A stretch of 64,000 bases of DNA from Paragordius varius (taxonomy: Eukaryota > Animalia > Nematomorpha): contig OZ176055.1 in NCBI GenBank assembly GCA_964247055.1, forward strand, positions 4,092,001 to 4,156,000, given 5' to 3'. Positions 53,193 through 64,000 of this stretch are shown one piece after another. Position numbers and translations under genes: made by a program. The stretch's first letter is position 1, and each line of letters begins with the position of its first letter. The notes beneath the pieces were generated by a model, which saw only the letters and a list, made by a program, of their open reading frames with translations, made no database searches and was not told the origin of the DNA.

Positions 53193-56100
53193 CATTAATG
53201 TTGGTAGATTAACATTATTGTTGGTCAATTGGTAATACAGTAGCATTTGAAATAAAACAAATATTCTTCATTAAATAAAATTCAATGCTGTAAGATAGGA
53301 AAAATTGTAATTTCAATCACTTTTTGTTTTACCCATACGTTGTATCAATTTGCCAAAAATAATGTGAATTGACCAACATTAATATTCATACTTATTTGAA
53401 TATTTTGAAATGATGGTTAGATCCCGACTGGGTTGGTGCCTCTTGTATGGTAATGAACATTGGTTGAACAATGAAAACGCAACAAAATACAATCCCTATG
53501 ATGAATTATGCATAATGAAATATGGAAGAGGTGCCCGTAGTGTAATTTCGGTAAATTTTACATATTATTATATTTATTTTTCTAAATATTCAGCGTTTTT
53601 ATATCAAATATTTTGAGATCAAATATTTATTAATAACTTTTATCCTATTTAAGCAATCCACATGTAAACAATTCGTATGCCGTTTAAAAAATGGGAAGAG
53701 AGGGAGCATTCAATTAAGAATGGATTATACACCTTGTAAGGGAAATAATGCTGGTACCCTTGAGGAAAACGCTAGCACTAATAATAATAATCTGGTAATT
53801 TATTATTAATTGAAATTTTATGGGTAACTTTTTGCATTATTGGTATTTTTTAAATATTGTTAATTTGAAATAAAACGATCCATGCTGGAGGTAGTTGCAA
53901 GAAACAATAGTGCTTAAGCTAGCAGAAAGTAGTTTCGAAAATGTATTTTATTTAATTTCATTTTATGCAAGGTATCAGATATCGAATATGCTCACTTTTT
54001 TGTATGGATAATTTGATAAGTTGGCCTATTTGTAGCTTTTTGAAAAAATCTTTTTTACTAAACCTCCTTTGTGCCATACCATTTATGGCATGAATGAAAA
54101 GGAAATCTATAATCCTTTAAATTTAGCCATCTAAAGCTGACGAGGGAATAGTAGCTCGAGTATTGATAAATAACTTTTTTAATGATGCATAAACACCTAT
54201 TTAAAAGCATCTTTTGATCATTATCTCATATTTCAAATATAGAAGATTTTATCAGAACGGTTGAGCTAGTATTACTTAAAAACAATAAATAATATTCATT
54301 TATAAAGCTAATTTTGCAAGCCCTGGAATCTACCTGATTATATTGCAATTAAGCTTTAAAACCTGCAAAAATTACTAACAAAAGGCATTCCGATTTTGCC
54401 ATTATGCCATATATATCTTTTAACGAAGTCATAAACGAAAAAAAATGTTTTAAAAGTGAAAATAAATTAAACATACACAAACTACAAATAACTGTTTTAA
54501 GTCCAATTATTATACGAGTTAAGTAATTTTCATAAATTATTGACAGAAAGTATGCCTTAATCAACGCTGTGTAACCGTTGGTACCAATGATGATAACAAT
54601 GGTGGTGGAGGAAATAACAATAATACTCAATGGACAACTTGTCGAGGATATTGTCCTTATCCCTTTCAATCTCGATCTTGCAAGTTTGTCTTTTTTTCTA
54701 ATTCTTAATTGCTATTCCAAATTAAAAATTTATATCTTAGAAGTACTCATTAGGTTACAATTAGGTGATCATTTTAGCAGGAGCTTCAATTTTAAAGATT
54801 TGTTCTCGAATTTATGGGCTAAAGGGATTGCAAATAGAGCATTTATAATTTGTCTCCTATTTTCAACATAAAATAATTTAAAGGCACAAGCATTTGTAAC
54901 GCTTACTTTTTTAAACCTATAACATTTTCGAGGATTCATTTTTTATGTTTTATGGATTTTTTCATAAATTTAGCGATGATGGAGGTGACAATTATGACAA
55001 CTATGATACCGGCGATGATTACGATTATGATTATAATAATGGAAACAACAATGACAATAACGCACAATGTGTAAATGGGCGCACATTCAGGATTTGCTCG
55101 AATACGGTAATCAATACATTTACATCATTATTTTATTTGCCATAGGTAGTTTTTTCAATAAATGGTAAAGACTTACATTGTATAAGGACTCGGAACCTTA
55201 AGTCGCCTGACCAGGGCTCACAGAGATAAAAAATATTTCACCAATTAAAAATAGTAAAATCACAATACTTCTTTTTTACTCATTCATATAATTGACTTAA
55301 AAATGTAACCCCTTTTTGTGGATTTGAAACTAGTAATATAATTTTACTATTTTTATAAAATTCTATTATGTTAAACTTGTTAAAATAATAAATGAAATTC
55401 ATGTTGGTTTGAATATAAAGAACCGCTTTTAAAGTAATCATTTGAAATTAAAAAACATATGACAATTTATGATTTGAAGATTATATATAGTTGTGGTTTA
55501 AAAATAACTCTTGAGTATAATTAAGTGTATTAAATTTAAATTTATTGACAGTATAAAAATAAAATAGAAGGCATGATGGTATAGTAGGTAAGGCACCAAA
55601 TTTTTAATGGGTACCAAACTAAAAACCGTGAAACTAAACAATTTTTTTATCTCTGTGAGCCCTGGGCAGAGGCGACTGTTTAAGTTTTCCCGAGTCCTGA
55701 TACAATAAAAGTCTTTACCCTTTAATGAAAAAGGGAAAAAGAGATCCTAAACTATACAGACACTATAAAAAGAAATTGATTATATTTGGTATTTTATGCT
55801 TACATTTTTGGTGGATATAACTACTGACTGCAATTATAAGTCAGTCAATATCATTATTTGAGTAATCGAATTCACCATTAATGCAGACATTTTTCCAGTT
55901 AAAAATATATATATAACTATACTATAAATATGTTTTATAATCTAGAATAGTAATTGTCAAACACAAAATGTAATGCGACAAGCCAATCAACGATTGTGCC
56001 GTGCCCAATATCTAAACTCTCAATTTGTTAACGGTATAAAACTAATATATATTATCTTATGATAAGTAAATTTTTTAAAAAAAATTTTAATATTCTCTCA

Positions 56101-56460
56101 CCCATATTGCTCAGTTTATTACCCCAATAATCCTTGTAAATTGAGATGTAATGTAAATGGTCAAATAAATTTGCTCCAACGCAATGTCCAAGATGGAACT
56201 TATTTCCGCTCAAATAATTCAAACAATAACAATGATTATAATAATGACTATTACGACAATTATGATTATGATAACGACGGTTCAGCTCAAACTTACATAT
56301 GTGTTAGGGGCCAAGTTTTTGTAATTTTTTTAATAATATCTTAAGAATTCTGAAACATATGTTTTATAGTTTTACAAAATCACTAAATGTTGTACATAGT
56401 AAATAGCATTTTGACTAATGGAAAAGCGAAAAATATTATTAAGAAAATAATATTACCTTT

Positions 56461-56506
<46 letters not shown>

Positions 56507-57034
56507 TATCTGGCAATAATTAATGAAAACTAGCAATGTATGCCAGAGGCGTAGCTAGCAATTCTGGCACCCGGTGCATGAATCCTATGATGGCGCCTTT
56601 CTCTCCCTCCATTCAATCCCTTGTATTTTAAAAAATAATCAAATTCAAACCGTACTCATAAATGGGTGATTATTTTTTAAAATAAAATTAAAATTTTTTT
56701 AATATCCCTGGCGCCCCTTCAACTATGGCGCAAAACATCCGTCGCCCTTCCCCCCTTAGCTACGCCTCTGATGTATTCTTACTCATACTGTATGTTTCCA
56801 TTTTGTCACAAATTTTACAGGAGTAATATGGTTAGTTTAAATTAACATGCATTATGAAATTTTTTTGCATTTTAGAGCGTTCAAGGTTCTCAAATGATTC
56901 CTGGAAACAACAATAATAATGGGGGCAATGGTGGAGGAGATTACTATCCCGATAATTATGATAATAATTATAATGATTATAATCTTTATAGGAGTGATTT
57001 GAACACTATAGAAAACTTGGCTGTCACGTTTTAA
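47498..57034 (+). CDS. Secreted ADAMTS-derived pseudoprotease (degenerate M12B domain, Cys-rich, TSP1-like, Cys-rich) with D/N/Y and R/N blocks, ~699 aa
   Basis: Fourteen exons in consistent phase, 2100 nt: 47498-47546, 50354-50607, 51075-51178, 51371-51396, 51465-51576, 52251-52450, 52760-53120, 53421-53550, 53654-53794, 54547-54683, 54974-55106, 55946-56033, 56115-56320, 56876-57034. Signal peptide MLNLKFFTIFLFILIGLNG. ADAMTS-like motifs DYDIGIL, GQICDAQNSAII, GWCLL, YDELC..KYG, CKQFVC..DYTPC, WTTCRGYC..QSRSC, PCKLRC..VQDGT..ICVRG. Confidence 0.7.
47700..47967. mobile_element. hAT-type MITE
   Basis: CAGGGGTGTCCAAC...CTGGGCACCCCTG, with TTTAGAT repeated on both flanks. Confidence 0.8.
48090..50095. 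mobile_element. Foldback/MITE with long inverted arms; its left arm is interrupted by the hAT element at 48155-49497
   Basis: 49506-49635 is inverted at ~49905-50035. The arm continues on the far side of the hAT: CGATAGCTAAAAGTTTCAAGATAATA (48109-48134) pairs with ~50055-50082. Confidence 0.7.
48155..49497 (-). mobile_element. Decayed Buster-type hAT transposon (1343 bp)
   Basis: TIRs TAGGGGTGGC/GCCACCCCTG and perfect 8-bp TSD ATATATAC. Minus-strand remnants CDG..KNGFVAL..PDF and NTDERWLR..FLYR; plus-strand C-terminal remnant MNVIKTKQRSRLTDKYFESCLRIA. Confidence 0.88.
51788..51892 (-). mobile_element. Possible tRNA-derived SINE remnant
   Basis: Minus strand GCGATGGTACCAAGGTTAGGGCGCCTGACT..TCAG..GAGGTTCAAAC has A-box and B-box-like segments but no complete cloverleaf. 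Confidence 0.45.
53194..53381. mobile_element. Small hairpin MITE; related sequence at ~59290-59395
   Basis: ATTAATGTTGGT..ACATTATT..TTGG..AATTG is inverted as CAATT..CCAAAAATAATGTG..ACCAACATTAAT. TGTAAGATAGG.AAAAATTG and CCAAAAATAATGTGAA recur in an intron of the neighbouring gene. Confidence 0.5.
55162..55721. mobile_element. Non-autonomous element with ~70-bp TIRs and TTAA-type target (Kolobok-like)
   Basis: GGTAAAGACTT..AGGACTCGG..AGTCGCCT..CAGGGCTCACAGAGATAAAAA is inverted at 55645-55720. Right junction CCCT|TTAA; left junction degenerate (ATAA|ATGG). Confidence 0.7.
56463..56505. repeat. (AT)n microsatellite, longest of several in the window
   Basis: Uninterrupted AT dinucleotide run of 43 nt. 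Shorter runs near 270, 23090, 29140 and 53165. Confidence 0.95.
56544..56770. mobile_element. hAT-type MITE (227 bp)
   Basis: Perfect 14-bp TIR CAGAGGCGTAGCTA/TAGCTACGCCTCTG; TSD ATGTATGC / ATGTATTC (7 of 8 match). Confidence 0.88.
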
Positions 57035-57564
57035 AAATTTAATTTTACAGTAGAAATTGAATATTGTGCAAACAAGATGTAAAAATTAAAAGACAAATAC
57101 TTTCATAAACCTTGTTTTCTTCAAATGCTATAAAATTACAAATTTGAAATATATAATTGACAATTTTACCAATTTCCATCGCGTTATAGTTTAAACAGGT
57201 TGTCTTATTATTAAAAAATATTTGAAATTTTTACATCTGTATATTTCAATTTTTTCTGTGATTTAAAAAATATACACCTTGTCAATAATCATTTTAAATG
57301 TAGTATATATATAGTTAAGGGAAATTATATTTTTTAATTGTACACATATTACAAAATAAATATATCTTAGAGATATTTATTGAATGCTTGCTATCTATAC
57401 AAAGTTACATCACAGAACGAATACAATAAATAGATAAATTTGAAGTAAAAAAGTTTGAATCACATTTGCAAATTTATAGTGAAGTTAATTGTAATAATGG
57501 ATAACGGATACAATATTGTTAACAGAATTACGATATGTAATAATTATTATTGCTTTTTTTGGGT

Positions 57565-60275
57565 TTAGGTGCAAATGGCTTTTGTCATTGTAGCATCCTT
57601 TTCTTTGCTAAAAATATAAAAATAAAATAAAATTTTAATATTTATAATATACAAAAATATATTTTTATAGTTTTAATTAAGGGATAAATATATATGATTA
57701 CTTATTATCACCAGAAAAATATTCTTTACAAAATTTCAAATCAGCTTGAATCTTGTCTCTTAGGTAGGTAAGAGGGGAATTGTTTTTCATCGCCATCTAA
57801 ATTTTTATACAAGTTATAATTAAATTTGCTAGCATATAAATTTTAAGAATATACAGTAAAGATTAGGATTATACAGACAAAGACAACCACACTTATACCT
57901 TATTTTTCCAACTATACTATTTAATTACAATTTTATATTTTATAAATAAAGGTAACAATTTACACCTTTATGCAACCCAAAACGGTGTAATATATGAAAA
58001 AATCCAGTTTTAATATGATTGTCTTTTAAATAACATTTTATTTTTAGTTTTTATGATATGTCGGTATAATATACAAATTTTTGAATTATATATACCTCAT
58101 TATCCTGCTTGTCGGAATTAATTAGACCCATGATTGGTAACAAATATGCCAGTGCCAATGCATTGAAAATGAGTGTGAGGACATAACTTTTACCGTTATC
58201 ACCATTGAATTTTTTGTCAAGATTCATTTGACTTTCTCCTCTAATTGAACGACTTGAAGAGAAGCCATTTATAGCATAATTAATTAATTCAGTATTTTCC
58301 CGTCGGCGATCCTCTTCTTGTCTCCTGCGTTGTTCCTCTTCTCGTCTCCGTTCATCGTTCCTTCTCTCATCTCGACGTGGGTCAGACAATCTAACGATTT
58401 CGGAATCGGTTTTTTCCTAGTATCAATTGTCGGAAAGTTATTTATTTATATATCAGCAATGGTAAAACCGTATTTTAACATTTGCTATTTTATTTGAATC
58501 ATAAAAGTATATTTTTATATTTAAAGAATTTTAAAACTAAGTCACTATAGTATATACACATTGTATAGGGTTATCGGTAAAGTTAAAGGTAAAAATCAAA
58601 ACCATGCCATAAAGCTCAAAACCAAATTTTTGGTAAATAATTTTTACGGGTTCTGAACCAAAATGTATAGCCTTAACCTTAATCAGCCATAAAAGATTGA
58701 TGTTTGACCGTAGCCAAGAACCACGCGACAATAACCTTTGCTCGAATTTATAAATTTTCGTTTAATTAAGATATTTTTTGGGGTAAAATAATATTAAAAT
58801 ATTTTTATTAGATATTATTGTTCTACAATAACTAATAATCTTATTGAGCATTTCAGGGGAATAAATTAATTTTATCTTGATTATAGGATTAATAAATTTC
58901 TTTTTATATTTACCAATATGAATTCCCTGTCCATATCTTGGGCACGTCTTCGCTCATTTTGTCGCCTTTCCTCAGATGTTCGTCTTTCGTTGGCACGTCC
59001 ATCCCGTCTTTGGCTATCATCTCGTCTTTCATTTTTTCGACCCGCAGGACTTTGGTTCAGGACAGGTTCATCTTCTTTCAAATTATCGCTTTCTCGTCTA
59101 CGATCATGTTCTTGGCGACGTTGTTCCTCCTCCCTTCTTCGTTGATCATCCTGACGTCTGTTTGCATTGTAAAAATAATTATCACGTAAAAATGGTTATA
59201 TATACAGTCACACTTTATTGTTGGTTAATCAGCAATCCAGTAGCGCATGATATAAAATATTTTTTGTCCATAATTTAAAAAACAAAGTTAATGTTGTAAG
59301 ATAGGGAAAAATTGTTTTCGCCCATTTGTTGTTGTTTATCCATTCGCTACATTATTGCTAATTGGCCAAAAATAATGTGAAAGTGGCTTACAATAAAGTG
59401 GGTGTTGTATATCAGGTGTCAAAAAAAGGTATTTAAAAACTAACCTTCGTTCCTCAGATTGTCTTGTATCTCGTCGAGGATCTGAAGCTCGAACAAATGT
59501 GTCAACTGAATCCCCAATGTTTTCGGAACCAGTATCAACTTCTGTATTTTCACGGCGTCGGTCTTCTTCCCTTCGTCTTTGCTCCTCTTCCCGACGGCGT
59601 TCATCATTTCTTCGCTCATCTGTTCTACGTTCGTCTCTCCGAGGATCAGAAAATTCTAAAATAATTAATGATAATTATTTATGATTGCAGGACTCCAGGT
59701 TTGTCTGAACCAATATTAAAGTTTATAGACCAGAAAAAACGATAAAAAGTTAATTACATCCTTTTTTGCGAAAAAAATTGTATGTAACTATATTCACTAC
59801 CGTGAATAAAAGTGTCATCAATATTTCTGAATTCCAGCTCTTCAGAGTTGTCTCTTGCCCGTCGGCGGCGCTGAATACGAGTTGATCGTCTTTGCTCTCC
59901 TTCACGTCTTTCTGTCGTCCGCCTTCTCACCGGGGCCAAAGTTTCTGGTTCTATGTCTAATCGTGACATTCGTGTTTCTAGACTTTCGCTGGAAAATCCT
60001 TCAAGGGCTTCATTGAGGTTTGCAGTTATGCGTCTTTGGTCTCGAACCCGATTGTTTGATCCATCTTCTCGTCGTTCAAACGGTAGGCGAGATATGCCAA
60101 TAGAATCAGAATCTCTTGTATCCTTTTGTGCATAAGGCAATTCTCTCTGTTCATCTAAAACTTGAGAATCACCCAAATAGTCGGCATTGACCCCATTGTG
60201 GTTATTAACAATGAGATAACCAAATGTTCCAAGCACCATTAATGTTAAAGTCGTTAGTAAATTTAACCGTCGCAT
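57565..60275 (-). CDS. Uncharacterised secreted or membrane-anchored Arg/Glu/Asp-repeat protein, ~462 aa
   Basis: Exons 60275-59801, 59655-59445, 59157-58914, 58416-58096, 57796-57702, 57607-57565 (1389 nt, consistent phases). N-terminal signal-like segment, repeats of SDPRRD(ERR..EEEQRRR), late hydrophobic stretch VLTLIFNALALAYLLPIMGLI, short two-Cys tail. Confidence 0.7.
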
Positions 60276-61459
60276 TATGCTAAATTGATGTGAAGAGATA
60301 ATAAAATTAGGGAATCAGAAATCCTTGGTGAAAAAAATATAAATGATTGACTTTATTAGGATTTCGCATATATATAGTTTAAATTGTTGGATATGTTCCA
60401 AAAGATGCTATCTTTTTCGGAAAACAGAGATCATACATCTAAATTCCGATATCCGATAGATTAATTATTTTTAGTTATTTTCCCTTTTTTGTTATTGCAT
60501 CATTTGTTTCAATGACTCATCTGTTTTGCTTCGATGCGTTTGTAACCAATAGACTTTTTAATCTATATTGTCAACTAATAGAGTTTAATCAAAAATCGCT
60601 AGTTAAATTGAATGCCCTTGAAATCTTTTGTAATTGCTTTCAGATTTATTTTGTTTTATTACCTCAAATATTTTTGGTGTATATTTAGATCGTTATCTTT
60701 CCAAATAATGAGATATCAATATAATGCTTTTTTTTCCCAGGACTTAATTAACGCTTTACCATATTAAACTTTGTAATTAAATGCAACATTTATTTTTTTA
60801 AAGGATTAATAATAAATAAACGACAAAACTTAATTAAGTCATTACTTTTTGAGATTTCCAATTAAGATAAGAAAAAAATAATTTTTTGGTTATTTCACAA
60901 ATTTGGATACGTGAGATAAAATAATTGGATATGATGATCAAATTGGTTAAATTATATACAATAAACCTTTTACGACTTAAAATTATTAAAGTACAATCAC
61001 CTGGTAAAGAGGATTAAAAAACTAATTAAACAACTATTATGCTTTAATCATGATTATAATAACAGATTTTAAAAATTGGGTCTCCTGTATATGCCAGAAA
61101 TTTAAGTTAAGGGTTTTAGCTACAATTATATTATGTATTTATCTTATGGCCGGCATCGATATACGTCACTTGTTTTCCCAAATAAATCAGTAAAACCTAT
61201 TTTAAATAATAATAAACTTAAAATAGGTCGTCCTAAATATAACATATGGTGTTAATAATTACATTTTAAACCCTACTGGTTCCGCCTGACTTAAATATTT
61301 TATAGAATATCTGACTCCGAAAACTCGAATAGGTGTCAATAATTTGCAAAAATATTAGGATATGTTTTAATTGATGTAGATACTCTTGATATTAAAAAAT
61401 TACAATTTTAAACTAATTATAGCCCATTTTATAAACTAAAATCACACTTGGACAATTTT

Positions 61460-62260
61460 AAATATCACAGTGACCACAGTTGAAGGCTAAATGCTTTATT
61501 CCAAAAATTATCAGTAAAATACATTATAAACTACATATAACACAATATTTTTTAAAAAAAATTTTTAGATGTGGGCTCCGAAAGTCCCAAAATTTTTGCT
61601 CTTGCTAGTCGTCTTAAAATAAACGCAAAAATTTCGGTATTGCGCGATGAAAATTTAAATATATTAAATTTTGATATCAATCAAAAATACTTTTGAAAAT
61701 GCACTTTCAAAAATTTAATTATTATCAAAATTTTGTAGAAGCGTACTTACTTGTTTATGATGGAAACGGTATAAAAACGCTTTTAGATATTATAATAACA
61801 GTTTTTCTAACTCGATAATGGGAGACTCAAATATGGAGTACGCTTCAGCAGATTTTTTCTACAAATTAAATATTTGAAAAAAATATTTTTAAATATGTCA
61901 AAATTTAGCATATATTTTTATTCGATCCCCCTCATTTTTGCTTTTATATTAAGAGGACTAGCTCATCGAAGAGCAAAAAATTTTGGGATGGGAAAAAATT
62001 GTTATGCTCTTAATAGTTTATCATATATTTTGAAGATATCTTTTGGAAAAAGTCTCTAGCTTTCACCAAAAAAATTATTTAAAAAGCGCAGATTTTGCCA
62101 TATTCTGATATGGAGCAACAAAATGGTAAACATCCTAAAATCACTCGTATAGGCCAAAACCAAAAGCACCATGATAATCGTGATACATTTTCTTATCAAT
62201 ATATATATACATATATATATATATTTCGTCAGGTTTTATTTTTTCATACCCCTCGATTTT
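61460..62260. mobile_element. Second, partly deleted copy of the 13.7-14.9 kb foldback family
   Basis: Shared blocks: GAAGGCTAAATGCTT, GATGTGGGCTCCGA.AGTCCC, GAAGCGTAC..TGGAAACG, TTCTGATATGGAGCA, CAAAAGCACCATGATAATC, TCAGGTT..TTTT..AT.CCCC. Confidence 0.7.
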
Positions 62261-63596
62261 TGACCCAATGTAATCCACTCCATACATAGCAAAATTTTTC
62301 TTTCACGTAACCTTTAATTGGTGATAACAATGAACTTAACAAATCACTCAACTATGATATCCCCTTTTTTATATGAGCATTTTTATTTATATTACAACCA
62401 AGACTCTCTATTTTTCTTTTTATGCTACACATCATCAAGGACTTCAATAAAATCCAATTTAATAAATAAAGCGGTTTGATTCCTTTTAAATTCCAAAAAT
62501 GAAATAATAAACAATATCAAGCATTTTTGTGGAAACTCATAATATATACGCCCAAAATCGGGCGGTTAAAAAATGTACTGATAAAATATATAATTCTGAT
62601 ATTAAAATGTATCAGGATCATAGTGTTTTTGGTTTTTCACTATATTTAAAAAGTTTTTCCTTTGGTAACTAAATGGCAAAATTTGCGTTTATTTTGCCAA
62701 ATACCATTATTAGTTAAAGCTAAATGATTACTTAAAAAAAGATTACTCAAATACATCATTCGGCATATAAAAAGAAAAACCAATACTATTTATGATTTAA
62801 AATTAACTTTAGCCGTAGAATCTAAAAAAAAAGACGAATTGCGCCTGTATGGAACCTTTTTCTCAATACTAATTTTTTATTTATTTTTTATATGTTTTTG
62901 AAACTTCATGATCTTTTCAATTTTATATTCTATTGGCATATTGGAGTAGTAATTTTGTAAATAAACCACAGTTTAAGTAAGTTTAAATTTATTTTAGGAC
63001 CGTTCTCATGTATAGATAAAAAAGCTTATTTTAATTTTGTGACTTCTAGAGATAGAATTGGGACAGCTTCAAAACGCGATTGAAACGAATAGCTTATAAT
63101 AAAATATAATATATCAAGTTTATGCTGGTAAAATGTAACCTAAAAGCCTTTTAAAGCTAATTATCTACATTTTCTAACAATAACATATATTTATTTACGC
63201 GTAGCATTAGCGATATGATTTATAGTAAAAAAATGGCGGCAAAAAGTATAAGATATTTTTTGAAAATTTTTTTTAGATAATGCTGCTAATAAGGCTAAAG
63301 AAAGCATATATTTAAATTCGGCTTAATACCTTATATACTTATAATACATTCTAATTTTAAATGGCACTGAGATATAAAAGCTACATCGAAGATAATGGAG
63401 TGTTGATAGTTATTAAAATTAAAGTTTCTTGGCCTGTAAAAGTCAGCTATCCCACTAAGTTTAAATAAACAAAAGGTAAAATTCTTTCATATATAATTAT
63501 AATAGCTATCCGATTTTAACAATATTAAAATAATTTAACTTCGGAGCCCAGAAATACCCTCATGATTTCTAAAAATATTTTGGTTGTATATAAATA

Positions 63597-63840
63597 TACC
63601 ATTTACACTTCAAATTCACCCTTGAACAATTCAAATTCGCCCTAAAATTAATTATGTTTTTTAAGATTAAAAATTAGTTACATTATTTATATTTTTTAAA
63701 AATGTAATTTTGTTTAAATTAAATAATACTGAAAAAATAATAAACATGCCTAAAGTTATATTTCATATTAGACATAATTTTTTAGGGTAAATTTGAATTT
63801 TTTAAGGGTGAATATGAATTGTTCCAGGGTGAATGTAAAT
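63597..63840. mobile_element. MITE, TACCATTT family (short type), copy 5, right end degraded
   Basis: TACCATTTACACTTCAAATTCACCCTTGAACAATTC, shared core, inverted AGGGTGAAT..GAATTGTT repeats. Confidence 0.8.
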
Positions 63841-64000
63841 TATTTCCCAGTGTTACAAAATAGAACATTCATATTCACACATTTTGCACAGTTGTAAATA
63901 ATAGCGCTAAATTCAAATTATGGAAAGATTATCTATTTATAATACCAATCTTTCTCAGACAGGTTTATGCGTTCATTTATTTCTAGTTAATAATCCGCGG

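Noticed and set aside
28400-57034. DUOXA functionally linked to the Tyr-rich secreted protein through dityrosine cross-linking
   Set aside because: Biochemically plausible, but three unrelated housekeeping genes intervene and nothing in the sequence ties them together.

Overview
Very AT-rich, intron-containing animal (invertebrate-type) genomic DNA; the species cannot be named from sequence alone. Hand splicing gives ten protein-coding genes with consistent intron phases. In order: turtle/IGSF9-like Ig-FN3 receptor (+, 5' end outside the window), an orphan coiled-coil gene (-), an enlarged Vang/strabismus (+), GSK3 (-), DUOXA (+), ATIC/purH (-), MED10 (+), intronless JMJD5/KDM8 (+), a secreted ADAMTS-derived pseudoprotease with Asp/Asn/Tyr blocks (+), and a secreted Arg/Glu/Asp-repeat protein (-). 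Long introns and spacers hold many non-autonomous DNA elements (a TACCATTT-ended family with 21-bp arrays, hAT, Kolobok-like, foldbacks) plus decayed mariner, Buster and LINE copies. Four observations stand out. (1) The last turtle exon is open in two frames, a candidate 37-nt microexon would switch between them, and both frames end in class I PDZ-binding motifs. (2) Four obligatory 21-24-nt introns coexist with ordinary introns. (3) MED10 and JMJD5 are in frame, separated by one TGA and 6 nt. (4) The ADAMTS-like protein has lost all three zinc-ligand histidines. All gene models are manual and lack transcript support.
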